Positions 12,631-26,700 of a stretch of DNA of 64,000 nucleotides are shown here, piece after piece. A program made the translations under genes and the position numbers. Every line of letters starts with the position of its first letter. The stretch's first letter is position 1. The notes below the pieces were generated by a model that was not told the DNA's origin, did not search any database, and saw nothing but the letters and a program-made list of their open reading frames with translations. The stretch is from contig OZ024741.1 of assembly GCA_964016885.1 (NCBI GenBank), positions 209,002,001 to 209,066,000 on the forward strand, written 5' to 3'. This DNA comes from Eledone cirrhosa. Its lineage: Eukaryota.

Positions 12631-13091
12631 ACAACTTTGGACAGCTAAGGCTTTTACAATTCCCAACCGAATTTGACCAAATTTTCTGTGCACGTTGCAC
12701 CTGTCACTAAGATGGTGACATCACAAAATTTTTCAAATCGACCCACGTTGAGCAATAAAAAATCGATAGCAAAATTATTTTTTGTAAAGTGCATGATGTA
12801 AGGTAGAAATCAATCAAAACAAAATTCTTATGGGACTTTCCATTCAAACTGTTGGGACCTACAACTTTTCAGCAGAAACTTGCACATTTTTTTGTCACTC
12901 GCGACAAAAGTGTAGATGTTTATTCTCTGCACTACAAGGTTCTTAAGCTAGCATCGATTTTCTTCTAAGTCACATGCATGTGTCAGCAAACCCATAAAAA
13001 CTAAATCCTTATGGGATTTTCCATTCAATTTACTTTCTAGCTGTACGTTCTTGGAATAATTTCAAACCCCGGGCAACGCCGGGTAAATCTG

Positions 13092-13095
<4 letters not shown>
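12520..13095 (+). mobile_element. Non-autonomous Helitron with internal (TG)n
   Basis: 5' TC (tcttctatatattaaaa); 3' hairpin cccgggcaacgccggg about 8 nt before CTAA; sits between A and T with no TSD. Confidence 0.72.
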
Positions 13096-13168
<73 letters not shown>

Positions 13169-13190
13169 GTATGTATAAATGTATGAATAC

Positions 13191-13242
<52 letters not shown>

Positions 13243-13298
13243 CGACAGTCGATCGACTTTTTTGTCAAATCGGACCGAGGAAACGATGTTTCCATTGA

Positions 13299-13783
<485 letters not shown>

Positions 13784-14093
13784 TTATTCAAGAGTAACCA
13801 ATCTTAAAGAGAGAGATGGAGATAGGAGAGCAGATATGAGAGGAGAGATTGGTGAATTAGTTAGAAGCCAAAGCGTAAAGGCATGTGCTCAATGTGCAAT
13901 ATGCAGTAGAAAGCAGCTAGGTGGCTGGGTTCATGCAAAAGTTAGGTGCGCAGAGCTGGAAATATTCATTAGTTAAGCAAAGCAAGACCACAAATTTCAC
14001 AAGGAAGACATTATTAAAAAATTGTCAACATATTTTAGTTTGATGTAAGGAATGTAAAGAATGTAAAGAATAATATTATTATTATTATTATTA

Positions 14094-15574
14094 CAGCTGC
14101 ATTTATCTTGCTTTATGTTCATACGAGTTATCACCAAGTCACAACCAGTGACCTCAAGAGACAACAAGGTCCGCCATGTTCAAGAAAGAACATACATACT
14201 CACACATGCATCTTTAGGTGTTTAGACTTGTGATGTACTTATATTGACAGAATCTTCCTTAGTATATGGGCAGTTCCCATTAGTACTATCTTTTGTATTT
14301 CTCCTATACGCGGGTTTCCTGGGATTTGCGATAAGTAATCATTAGACCCCTTAGGTATCATTCCTAGAGCGCCTACAACCACTGGTATTGTTTTAGTTCT
14401 CAATTTCCACATTTTTCCAATTTCTATCTCCAGGTCCCTATACTTGCTCAATTTTTCAAATGTTTTATAGATACATTCTTGTCTATTGGAACGGACATAT
14501 CAATTAGCAGGCATACCCTCTTTTTAAAGTCCTTCAGTATTATATCAGGTCTATTTGCATCTATTTTTCGGTCTGTTTGGATGCTAAAGTTCCACAAGAT
14601 TGAGATGTGATATTTTTCAAGTATGGGAGGTGGTTGATGCTCCCACCAATTCTTTTGATGGGGCAGGTCAAAATGCTTACACATTATCCAATGTATGTAT
14701 TGTGCAGCTCTGTCATGCCTGGTTAGGTATTCGGTTGGAGCTATAGGACTGCACATTGAAATTATATGGTCAATGGTCTCTGGTTGTTTTTTACATACAC
14801 GGCATAATGGGCTGCATCCATTTTTTATTATGTTGGCTTGGTAATTTTTTGTTGGCAAACACTGATCTTGTGTTGATATAATCAGTCCTTCAGTCTCCGA
14901 TTTCAGTCCAGAGGATGCCAACCACTGATGGGTTAAAGTTTTGTCAACATCAGGATTATTAGCTCGTTCTGGGTATTTTCCATACAGAGGCTTTTCTTGC
15001 CATTTCTTAGCCAGTTTCTGTAGCAGTTCTTTCTTTGCAGTTACTTTTACCTGCTTTGCTTTTTCTGTGTTTTCCATTTCAGCAGTAAATGGGACTTCTG
15101 AAATGTGTAGTCCATTACTGTATCTTTGTGCATCTTTTGTAATGGAGTATGATCTTTTGATGCTTTCGTGTTTCAAAACGAGTTTGATCATCCAATCATG
15201 TGATTCCTTTAGATATGTAGATAATCCAATTGTTGCAGTTTTCAACGCAATGTCTAACTGGATTAACCCACGTCCTCCTTCTTTCCTAGGGAAATGTGTA
15301 TCTGCCTTAGGGTGATGCATTCTGTGCATGGTTAAGAATTTTCGAATTTTTGTATCGAGCCTACGGATCTCTGTGCTTGACCAGTTGATGACATTGTAAC
15401 TGTAGGTTACTACTGGTATGGCAAGCGTGTTTATGGCATCGATCCTATTCCTTGCATTCAATTCCGTTCTTAGGATTGCTCTTACTCTGCGGTAACATTC
15501 CTTCCTTATCCTTTCCCGCGTTGTCGAGTGCTTGATTCCGTCTCCTTTACAAACACCTAGATATTTGTAAGTTT
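14094..15574 (-). mobile_element. 5'-truncated R4/Dong-type non-LTR retrotransposon (RLE) inserted in (TAA)n
   Basis: ORFs 14448-15461 and 14239-14451: GGRGL, CRVC..ETIDHIISMC, RHD, RPDIIL..IDMSVP, KY..L; (TTA)n at both ends. Confidence 0.88.
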
Positions 15575-15796
15575 TTATTATTATTATTATTATTATTGGC
15601 GACCTACGTAGTAAATCGTATCATCGTGAGCTCCGCAAAGGTTTGTTATTTCCGTTTGTTAAAAATTGTCATTTATGGAAAATGTTATTGTTAACTGTTT
15701 ATAAGCGCACATACATTGTTTTCCGAAAAGGACACCCAAAAAGATTGGGGCCTTGCGCCCAAAATTTAAACTTTTATTATTATCAAAAAAATTTCT

Positions 15797-17335
15797 TTGA
15801 AAACAATGGCTAATTCACCTCTGCACGAAGCAGCTGAAAGCCTTCCTCACAAATTAACACCTCACACCGACACCACCATTGTAAATGTTACTACGTTTGC
15901 CAACACAAAAAAAAATATAAGCACTAGCAATATTTTAAATTTGTCTCAGGCAGATATTCATTTCCCGCCATTACCAATGACTGCAGGTGTTAAAGCCTCC
16001 ACCACCACCACCACCACCGCGACAACCACCACCACCACCACCACCGCGACAACAGAAACAAAAGAAGAAAAAAATAAATTAACTCGTGATGTCGAAATGA
16101 AATCAAGCAAAATGGACTCTTCCCCACCAAAGACGACTGACGTCACCACCACCACAACTGAAACTAAAATTAATATTAACACAAATAACGATAGCAACAA
16201 CAACAACAATGACATTATAAAAACGCCCCTCAGTTTTGCAATAGTAGCAAAACAGTTCGAAGCATATACGGTAACTCAGGAGGATTTAGAAAATGCCAAA
16301 CAAATGGTAAAGAAAGATGGGTACAGGGTCAGCCTCACACCCCCCCCACACCCACACCCCACCCCACCTAATAAAATGGAGCATCGGCGCCTATGCACCG
16401 TGTCGTATAGAACAATAAATGGAAAATCGCGCCGAGTGGAACGGGCATCCGAGTCCCAAATCCAAAAAGCTTTGGGACATGTGTGGGCAAGAAAAACCCA
16501 CATCAGACGTGGGCAAAAGTATGGAACCGTGGACGTGTTCTTTGAAACACCAGAGGAGGCTAGAGAACACTCCATTGCCCCATTAAAAAGTGACGACTTC
16601 ACACTCGTCCCAAGCTATTGTGGCCAGAGACTCGTAAAGATCAGGGTGACCCACGTTCCACCGGCCATCGAAATTCCCTGGCTAATAGCGGCCGTCCTCG
16701 CCGGCATCGAAGCCAACACGAAAATAATAGCAATAGCAAAAGAAAAGCAGGAAAACTGGTCCGGATCTGGGATGGAGCTCCTGATCCAAGCGGACCAAAA
16801 AAGCATTGAGGAGATCCCAGAGGTAATAGACCTCACTGACGGCAGCCACCTCACGGTAATTGTCGAGGGCAGAAGACCTAGATGTGTCGTTTGTGGTGAA
16901 GGAACCCACCTAAGGGCTTTCTGCCCTCAGGCTAAAAGGTTGAGGCCACATCTCCTACCCACCCCAGTGACACAACCATCAATACCACCAGTAGCAGAGA
17001 TGGCAGCAACAACTGTAGCAGCAACAACAGAAGCAACTATAACAGCAACAACCCCAGCAACAGTAGCAAAACCAACACCACCACCACCACCAGCAAAACC
17101 AACACCACCACCACCCAATGCTTCAGAACTAGCACCAGCGCCTACACCATCCACCACGCCACAACCAAAACTAACGGCTGTGGAGGATTTTCCACTCCCC
17201 GGCCTATCACAACTGGAGACAGATTGTGACGACGAGGAGTGGGAAACGATATCCGGAAAAAAAAAAAAGAAACCAAAAAAGAAAAAATTCTCTTCCTTCC
17301 CCCTCCAAAAACAAAATACAGAGGGAAACAAATAA
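15797..17335 (+). CDS. ORF1 (gag-like nucleic-acid-binding protein), with a probably frameshifted continuation at 17226-17747
   Basis: CVVCGEGTHLRAFC (CX2CX4HX4C), Pro/Thr-rich linker and WETISGKKKK motif; first ATG at 15806. Confidence 0.8.
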   Translation: MKTMANSPLHEAAESLPHKLTPHTDTTIVNVTTFANTKKNISTSNILNLSQADIHFPPLPMTAGVKASTTTTTTATTTTTTTTATTETKEEKNKLTRDVEMKSSKMDSSPPKTTDVTTTTTETKININTNNDSNNNNNDIIKTPLSFAIVAKQFEAYTVTQEDLENAKQMVKKDGYRVSLTPPPHPHPTPPNKMEHRRLCTVSYRTINGKSRRVERASESQIQKALGHVWARKTHIRRGQKYGTVDVFFETPEEAREHSIAPLKSDDFTLVPSYCGQRLVKIRVTHVPPAIEIPWLIAAVLAGIEANTKIIAIAKEKQENWSGSGMELLIQADQKSIEEIPEVIDLTDGSHLTVIVEGRRPRCVVCGEGTHLRAFCPQAKRLRPHLLPTPVTQPSIPPVAEMAATTVAATTEATITATTPATVAKPTPPPPPAKPTPPPPNASELAPAPTPSTTPQPKLTAVEDFPLPGLSQLETDCDDEEWETISGKKKKKPKKKKFSSFPLQKQNTEGNK

Positions 17336-17857
17336 ATTAAGAAACAAAAAAGTTAGGACAGATATGCCACCATCCACACCAGCATCACCAACCCCATCAA
17401 CCCAAACACCAACACCATCACCATCATTAACCCCAACACCACCATCACCTACACCAGAAAAGTCACCAAAATGCGAAACAGAAACAAACCCACAACAAAC
17501 GCAAACAAAACAAAACAACCAAAACGATACACACTACACAGCATTAAATTTGAACAAGCAATTATTACACTACATCCAACACAACACCAGCATCACAGAA
17601 AAAGACTACACAACAACCCCAAAATTCACACCACCTCCACACATACAAATCACTCGCATCACACAGAAAACGTACATGACACTAAAACAAAAATTCCCCC
17701 AAAGACATCGGAGACTTCCGACAAGCACTCTCCAGGAGGATTTATAAGGACATCCTTCCTGAGGAGGCCACAAGCAGTGAAAAGGATGGAAAAACCGTCC
17801 TTCCCCTACGAGAAGTAAGGTAAGTGGTCTTTCCCATCTTTTCCACTCCTTTTCAAC

Positions 17858-20800
17858 ATGACCTCACTCAGAATAGGCAGCATAAATGCGCGTGGCTTGG
17901 GGTCGTCATGGAAGCAGGGCCACCTGCTCAACGACCTCAGGTCACTAAACATAGATGTAGTGGCCATCAGCGAGACCAGAATCTCCGAAGCACAGGCTTT
18001 CGCACCGATCTTCGGCGGCTACGATGTGTACGCATCTCCCAGCCGTCCGGGATCGGGGGGAGGAGTTGCTGTGCTTTTTCGGAGAGGTTTGGATCTTGCC
18101 ATACGGGCCATCTTCCTGGACCCAGAAGGTAAGTTGGTGGTGCTGGACGTGACCAGCGGAGACGGGCAAGCTTACAGGTTAGTGGCTGTCTATGCCCCGA
18201 CAGGAGCAGGGCAGCCTGATTTCTTCCGGCGTCTGGAGTCCTTTCTTGGAACGTCCCGCTCTTTAGTGTTAGTGGGCGACTGGAACGGGATCTTAGATGC
18301 ACGCTGGGATTGTGTGGGATTAGTGGATAGGGAAGGAGGGTGCAAGAGTCTCACCAACCTGCTCAGACGTTTTGAACTGTCTGACAGGTACCGAATGGAT
18401 TTCCCGAATGTACCAATGTGGACTTGGACAAATCGCATAGGGTCATCCAGATCATATCTAGATAGAGTATTTTGTAGGGAAATAGATAGGTCTAGCATAG
18501 GCTGTCCACAATTCAAGATAGTCAGCTACGCGGACCACAAATTCGTGATCTGTATGCTTGACTTAGATAGGCTTCATAGACGAGGACCCGGCTACTGGAA
18601 GCTAAACGCGTCCTTACCAGCGCGCAAGGCCTACAGAGACCGGATTAGCGAACTAGTTAAGCGGGCGTTGACGGGGGCCATCGTCAACAACAAGTGGTGG
18701 TTTGCTCTGAAAAGAGCAATTAGAATAGAGTCCATTAGGTTTAGTAAGACTTTAGCAATAGAGAAAAATAGAGCAGAGGGAGAATTAGTTAGAAAATTAG
18801 ATGAGGCGCTTAGCAAAGGCATCGCGACCGACGTACTTGCGGCGAAATTGGCCCTTGACCAATTCTTCAATGCAAAGCACGAAGGCTGCGTTGTCAGAGC
18901 TAGGGTGCGTGCTCTCAGACACGAGGGGACGAAAGCCGTTCAATGGGCCCGAGTGGCGGAGGCGCGTCGTGGCAACAAAGCCACGATCCGGTCTTTGGTG
19001 GACCACGACGGGCGCATGCTACTCGATCCCGGGCAAATGTGTGAAGCTTTTCAGCGACACTTCGCTCAACTGTTCGGGGGCAGTGGCGGGCCGGATCGAG
19101 GGATGGACTTTAGTGTCTACCTCGACGGACTGCCGCGGCTTTTGGCCACTGAGGCGGAGTGTTGCGAAAAGCCGATAACAACCGCTGAAGTACGGGATGC
19201 AATGACTAGTTGCACAAGGGGTAAGTCGCCTGGTTTGGATGGTCTGCCCTATGAACTTTACGTACAAATGCCAAACTTGTTCGGAGGCCTCTTGGCGGAC
19301 GTCTACTGCAACTGGCAACAGAACGGGAGAATTCCCAGCTCTGTGAGCCGAGGAGCGGTGGCGCTGCTGAGAAAGGATCCGAACAAGGGGGATAACATAG
19401 ATAATTTTAGGCCCATAACTCTGCTAAACACAGAGTTCAAGATTTTGGTCAAGGTGCTAGCAAAGAGGTTGGCGCTTGTCGTTGGTGGTCTGGTGGGAGA
19501 GGGACAGACATGCGCCATTCCCGACAGATCCATCCACGACAACCTCCACCTCATGCGATACATCGTAGAGAGGGTAGCTAAGGAATCTGGCACGGGTGGG
19601 TCCTTGATTAATTTAGATCAGTCGAAAGCTTTCGATAGGGTCGACCATCGTTACCTAGCGGCGGTCCTGAGGGCGGCTGGCTTTGGGCCCGTCTTCAGAG
19701 GCTGGATCGCTGCCATGCACAGGGACATCTGCTCTGTAGTGAGAGTGAACGGTCACATTTCGGAACCGTTCAACATCATGCGCTCGGTCCGCCAAGGATG
19801 TCCCCTCTCGTCCCTAGTGTACGTATTGACTCTCGAGCCATTACTGCACAAACTGGAGACGTTGAGAGGGTCCCGCGCGAACTAGGATGCGGAAGATCCG
19901 TGTCAGCATATGCGGACGATGTCACCGTAGTGGTGTCGAACGCCAAACACATCGAGGCGATCGGCACTACACTAAGAGAATACGAAGCGGTGACAGGAGC
20001 AATGATCAACCAGGAAAAGTCAGTGGGCCTGCAGCTCGGCACCTGGAGAGGCAGGTCCATGCCGTCCAACAGCGTCGTCGGGCGCTGGACGGACGGACCG
20101 GTTAAATTGCTAGGGGTCTGGTTCGTTCCAGACCTCCAGACGGACAAAAACTGGGACGAGGTGACGAGCAGGGTGGCTTCTCTCACCCAGAAATAGGCCG
20201 AGAGGAAGCTATCCCTGAAAGGTCGAGCGGAGGTGGCGAATGCGTACATCGCATCCGTCATCTACTACCGCCTGACCGTCGTACCTTGTCCTAAGCCCCG
20301 CCTGACTGCGCTGGAGCGTTTGCTCTTTCGCTTCTTGTGGAAGGGACGCGCTCCGATGGTCAGGCGGTCCATCTGCTGTCAACACCCGCTACGTGGAGTG
20401 CTGGGCATTCCGTGGCTGATGATGCGCAGACACGCGCTCAGGCTACGACATCTCCACCTCTTCATCGACGGTGATCAGGTGTGGTCGCCGTTTGACACGT
20501 TTTTCCCCAGCTCGTCTCCTTGACGGAGCTGCAGTCCTGGGTCAAGCGAAGACCGAGAGGGAGCGCTTGGAGACTGAAATGTCTTCAGGCGCTCACAGCC
20601 CTCGACCAATCGGGCAATGTGATCGGTGGAAACTCCACCTTGGCGTTCTATAGGGGATTAGTGGAGGGGAAGAGCGACGACGTACTTGGAGAAACTCTAG
20701 GCGTCGACGAAAATCAACTAGCCAATCTCTTCGGAAGGACTTTCGGGCCGGGGCCTATGGACAACTTCCAGAAATCCCTGGCCTGGCAGTGCTACCGAGG

Positions 20801-21266
20801 ACCTTTGCCAGTTCGGGATAAACTCTACAGGCATGGAGTCAGCCGGGCATGTCCGAGATGCGCGCAGGGCGACGAAACCGTCCTGCACGCACTCGTCCAG
20901 TGTTCGAGCATTGCTGACTTGTGGGTTTATGTCGTACACCTGCTGTCACGTGTAGGACGGATCCAGCTATCAGCTGAGTCCATCGTGAGGATTGCCCCGC
21001 CCCCTTCCTTTAGCCGGGAAGGGCAGGCAGTTTTTATCTGTCTGGTGGCCATGGCGAAAGAGATAGTATGGTGGACACGTTTGAAAGGGCTGAAGACGAG
21101 CACTTACCTCTTCGGTGATGCCCTGATTAACTTTTTCAAATTTCATTTGAAAAGGAAAATTAGGGTAGAGAGGGAAGTGCTCTCTTCCCAGCATTTTGTT
21201 GAAAGATGGGTGAGAGAAGCAAGTATGGCCCGAATGAATGGGCCTTCTCTGAGTATGTGTCTGTAA
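17858..21266 (+). pseudogene. ORF2 apurinic endonuclease plus reverse transcriptase, broken by frameshifts and a stop
   Basis: SINARG, SETR, VYAP, GDWN, YLDR, ADHK; KSPGLDG, FRPITLLN, LDQSKAFDRV, QGCPLS, AYADD; CPRC..ETVLH....C. Confidence 0.92.
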
Positions 21267-21640
21267 ATTAAAGGTGGAAAACTGGGAGAGGGCACTTGCC
21301 CTGGTGGTCAGGGCCACTGTGGTCTTTTAATGGGCTTTCTCCACAAATGTCCCTCGGAAGTCTCCCCCCTATTGGGGAATTTTTCTTTGTTATTTTATTT
21401 CAACCTCCGTTTTTTTTACACGCAGAAATGCCCATTTGTACCGCCCTGTATTGTCCTGTACTGTCCTTAATGTCTACTTTATGTAAACCCTTGTGGTTAA
21501 TAAAGAAAACATTATTTTTATTATTATTAATAATATTTTTATTATTATTCTTTACATTCCTTACATCAAACTAAAATATGTTGACAATCTTTTAATAATA
21601 TCTTCCTTGTGAAATATGTGGTCATGTTTTGCTTAACTAA

Positions 21641-21725
<85 letters not shown>

Positions 21726-22469
21726 GTATTCATACATTTATACATACATATATACTTACATAGATCCATAGTTATATAAATACACGTGCATGCATAGATA
21801 AATACATGTACTAATGATGATGATGATGATGATATACCTGCAAATGTACACTTATGGACACACACACACATACATACACACACACACACACACACATGCA
21901 CACACACATACTTACTAACGTACAACGGGAACACACAAATTGTAACACCCTTTTACACACAAATATTTGAAAACACTAACACGTATAGAAACATGTACAC
22001 AAAAGCTTACAAACCCACAGATCGTTGTGTAACCCTACACATAAATACACACACATTCTTACATAGTTACACATAAAATCTCGAACAAAATCACTCTCAC
22101 CCGCACACAAACACACAGAAAGGAAAGACACCCAAATAAACACACATATGTGATTAGATAAACAACCATACATACACAGCTGTCACCATGGAAACAGCTG
22201 AGGTGACCCACACTGAGGTGTTTGGTGATTTTAGTTATGGTGGAAAAAAAGCTACGACAACAACAGTGACAGCAACAGTAACAGCAACAACAATGCCACA
22301 GAAACAGTAACATACATACACAGCAACATATATCATACAACAATAGCAGCAACAACAATAACAACACTTACAAAACAACATCAACATGGAAGGATTAAAA
22401 GAGATTATAGTTTAAGAAGTTGGCAAAATAAAATGTCACGTGCCGCGTCTCACTTGACATCGTTATTAA

Positions 22470-22539
<70 letters not shown>

Positions 22540-22879
22540 GTTGCTGCCAGTATTATCTCAGTTATTATTACACCACCTCTACTAATGTTAGTACTACCAA
22601 CACCACCACTAGAAATACGACCAACGCTGTCTCAACGATCACATTACCATCATCATCACACAATCATCATCACCAGAACCATCACCACCGGCAGATAATA
22701 TCAACAAAGGAAAGCCATATGGAAACATGATTTTCTTGGTCCAATCTAACGATCAGCTCCTTACTTTAGATATGTTTTAACTAAAAATCACACACTCGTA
22801 AGTTTACCTTAATTTTCGACTTACACGGTTGCTGTGTCACACTTCGATTAATTAATTCATTCACGCTGCCGATTCTTGT

Positions 22880-23100
22880 ATAATTATACAATCCGTCGCT
22901 CTCCGACATGTTTGCGGTCGAGCCCGTGACAGTGGAGACTTCTGGTGTCCTTTGCCCTAGAGCCACCTCCCTGCTAACTACCGTCGGCACAGAGTTGGCT
23001 ACCCGCAGATATGAGCCTCGCGAGCTGGAATGGCTCTTCCAGCACATCTCCATCACCATCCTCCGAGGAAACTCCTCTATTCTGTCCACTGGGGCCGTGA
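22880..23100 (+). mobile_element. 3' fragment of a CRE-like RLE non-LTR element
   Basis: EPVTVETSGVL...EPRELEWLFQHISITILRGN resembles the RLE C-terminus of CRE-type elements. Confidence 0.6.
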
Positions 23101-23675
23101 TGCGGCCAATCCACCGAGGTCACGGGGCGGCCAGTGCGTGGATCCCCCCTTGTTTTTCTCATAATAGTGGGAGATGGGGAGAGCGGGAGAGAGTTGGCTA
23201 GTTGCAGTGACAGTGGGAGTTTGTTTCTTTTATGTTCTGATCTGGTGTATATGTACATGGACACACACTCACGCATCTAGAATGAGATGAAGACGGAATT
23301 AATTGAGATCTATTTTAATGTTCATATAATATTCAAATAAGATACAATACACTTTGTGAACAAGAATAAATAACCATTCTATGGTGTGGCTTTAACAAAA
23401 ATTGAAACTAGTCAGATCTATCCTTTTCTGACCACAGAGATAAAGAGACAAGTTTTAACCATGTATCTTTTTTTTTTCTTTTTCTTTCGCAACGCGGTTA
23501 AATGTGTGTTTGCTAAATACACATACTAGTAAGTTTACTATTTATTCTTACTTGTTCCAGCCACTGTGTAGCGTTTCTATTAATATATATAATATATAAA
23601 TATTAAATTTAGCGAGAATCGCATTTCGGCGAGTAGAAATTAGCGAAACGCTAGTATATGTAGATATATATGTAA

Positions 23676-23779
<104 letters not shown>

Positions 23780-23794
23780 GGAGAGATAGATAGA

Positions 23795-26700
23795 TATATT
23801 TCTTTATTTGCCACAAGGGCGCACAAGAAATAGGGACAATACAAAGACACATGCCGTGGATTTTACATACAGTCGTGTAAAAATATTGAAACAAACAATT
23901 ATAACAATCGAAATCCCCAATAGGGGGGAAGCGCCACAAATGGGTTGTTTAATACCCCGTCGATAGAACAACCCTCAACTTCAGGAGCGTGTTGTGCAAG
24001 TGCTCCCTTCTTCCTTTTGCTCTCTTCTTTAACCTACAGCCTTATAAACAGAGAAGGACCAACCACTCGGGCCATGTTCGCTTCATTCACCCACCTTTCA
24101 GTAAGTTTACTGGGGTGCAGTAGCTCTCTCTCCACTCTGATTCTCCTTCTAAAGTGATACTTAAAGAAGGGAATCAATTGTTGTCCGGAGAGAAAGGCAT
24201 CTGTCCTCAGTCCTTTCAATCTCGTCCACCATATAACCTCTTTCACCATAGCCACTGTACAGAGGAAAACCGACTCTCTTTCGTTTTTGAAAGAGGCTGG
24301 CGGTTTGATCCTTACTATGGACTCGGCAGTCAACTGGATTTGTCCCATACGGGACAGCAGTTGTTCTGCATAGTTCCACAGGTCGCTTACGCCCGAGCAG
24401 TGTACAATTGCGTGCAAGACGGTTTCAATGTCCTGCTCGCATCTTGGACACGTCCTCTTGGAAGGATTCCTGCCGGGGCGTCCGTGTCTATAGATCTTAT
24501 TTCGAACGGGTAGAGCTCCTCGGTAGCACTGCCAGGCCAGGGACTTTGGAAGTTGTCCATAGGTCCCGGGCGGAAAGTCCTACCGAATAGACTGGAGACC
24601 TCATCGTCTTCGACGCCTAGAGTCTCCCCGAGCACGTCGTCGCACTTGTAAAGTACTAACCCTCTATAGAATGTCGAAGTGGAGTCTCCACTGATTGCTG
24701 CGCCCGCTTGACAGAGGACTGTGAGCGCCTGGGCGGATTTAATGTGCCAGGCGCCCATCTTCTTCAGTCTTCGCTTGACCCAGGACTGCAGCTCCGTCAG
24801 CGAGACAAGTAGTGGGAAGGCATGTCTCACAAACGGTGCCCACACCGGTTGGTCGATGAGGAATATCTGGAGATGCCGTAGCCACAGTGCATGTTTGCGC
24901 ATCATTAGCCACGGCATGCCCAGCCCTCCGTTGGAAGGGTGTTAACAGTAGACGGATCTCCTCACCAGCGTAGCCTGCTTCTTCCACAGGAACTGTAAGA
25001 GCATGCGTTCCATCTTGGTGAGGTATTCACGGGGACAAGGCACGACAGTCAAGCGGTAGTAGATGACGGACGCTATGAAAGTGTTCGCCACCTCCGCTCG
25101 ACCTTTCAAAGACAGTTTGCACTCTGCCCATTTCTGGGTGAGCGCAAATAACTTGGCCATGACCTCGTTCCAGTTTTTCTCCACCTGGAAGTCTGGACCG
25201 AACCAGAGCCCGAGCAATTTCACCGGTCCTTCCGTCCAGCTTCCGACGACGCTGTCGGACGGCATCGGTTTGTCTCTCCACGTTCCGAGTTGCAAACCGA
25301 CAGACTTATCCGGGTTCAGTTTGACTCCTGTGAACCTTTCGTATTCCTGTAGTAGGTTGCCGATTACCTCGATTTCCAAGGTTTTCGATACCATTACCGT
25401 CACGTCGTCGGCATAAGCCGACGCCGCTTTTCGCAGTCCCGGTTCTAAAAGGATACCCTGCAAAAGCTCCAACTTCCGCAGTAGTGGCTCTAGAGTCAAT
25501 ACGTATAGAATGGAGGAGAGAGAGCATCCCTGTCGAATGGAACGCGTGATTGCGAACGGCTCCGATAGGTAACCGTTCACCTTGACCTTCGAGCAGATGC
25601 TGGTGTGCATCGCCTTGATCCAGCCTCTGAAAACGGTACCGAAACAGGCCGCCTTGAGAACCGCTTCCAAGTATCGATAGTCGACCCTATCGAATGCCTT
25701 AGACTGATCTAAATTGATCAGAGCCCCACCGAAGCCGGGTTTACACCCCACCCTATCGCATGAGGTGGGGGTTGTCGTGTATGGACCTGGTGCGGATTGC
25801 ACACGTTTGCGCTTTCCCTACCAGGTTTTCGACAAGCGCTAACCTCGTTGCTAGAACCTTGGCCAAAATCTTTAACTCTGTGTTGAGCAGAGTTATGGGC
25901 CTGAAATTGTTTATTTCGTCCCCCTTGTTCTCGTCTTTCCTGATCAGCGTTACTACGCCCTTGCCTGCAGAACTGAGAATTGTCCCGTGCTGCTGCCAAT
26001 TGCAGTAGACGGCTTCGAGGACGCCAGAGAACAAGTCCGGCATGCCTATGTAAAACTCATAGGGTAGACCATCTAGACCGGGTGATTTGCGTTTCCCGCA
26101 GCGGCCCAGAGGGTCCCGTATCTCATTGGCTGTGATCGGTCTTTCGCAGAACTCGGCGTCCATGCTCGAGAGACGCGGCAGGCCGTCGAGGTATGAACCA
26201 CACATTTGCCTGGGGTCAAGTAGCACGCGTCCGTTTTGGTCTTTCAAAGACCGAATCGTGGATTTATTGCCACTTTTCGCTTCCACCACTCGGGCCCAGC
26301 TAACAGCTTTTGCTCCCTCGTTTCCTAGAGCACGTGATTTACTTCTGACCACGCAGCCTTCGTGTTTCGCGTCGAAGAACTGGTCCAGTGCCGTTCTCGA
26401 TGCTAGCACTCTAGCTGCGTTGCCAATCTTAAGTGCCTCTTCTACCTTGGCTACTAGTTCTGTTTCTGAATTGTTTTTCTCTAAAGGTAATTCTCTGCTA
26501 AACCCTATCGATTCTACTCTAATTGCTCTCTTGAGAGAGTACCACCATCTATTGTTGACGATGGCTCCCGTCAACTCTTGCTTAACTAATCTACTTATCC
26601 GTTCACTGTAGGCTTTTCGTGCCGGCAACGACACATTCAGCTTCCAGTATCCGGGTCCTTGTCTATGTATTCTATCACGGTTGACTACGCAGACGATTAG

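Larger units (their letters stand above)
15599..21511 (+). mobile_element. Near full-length Tx1/L1-clade LINE (copy T1)
   Basis: 5' UTR, zinc-knuckle ORF1, APE-RT ORF2 and a 3' UTR ending aataaagaaaac; TTA-rich flanks. Confidence 0.92.
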
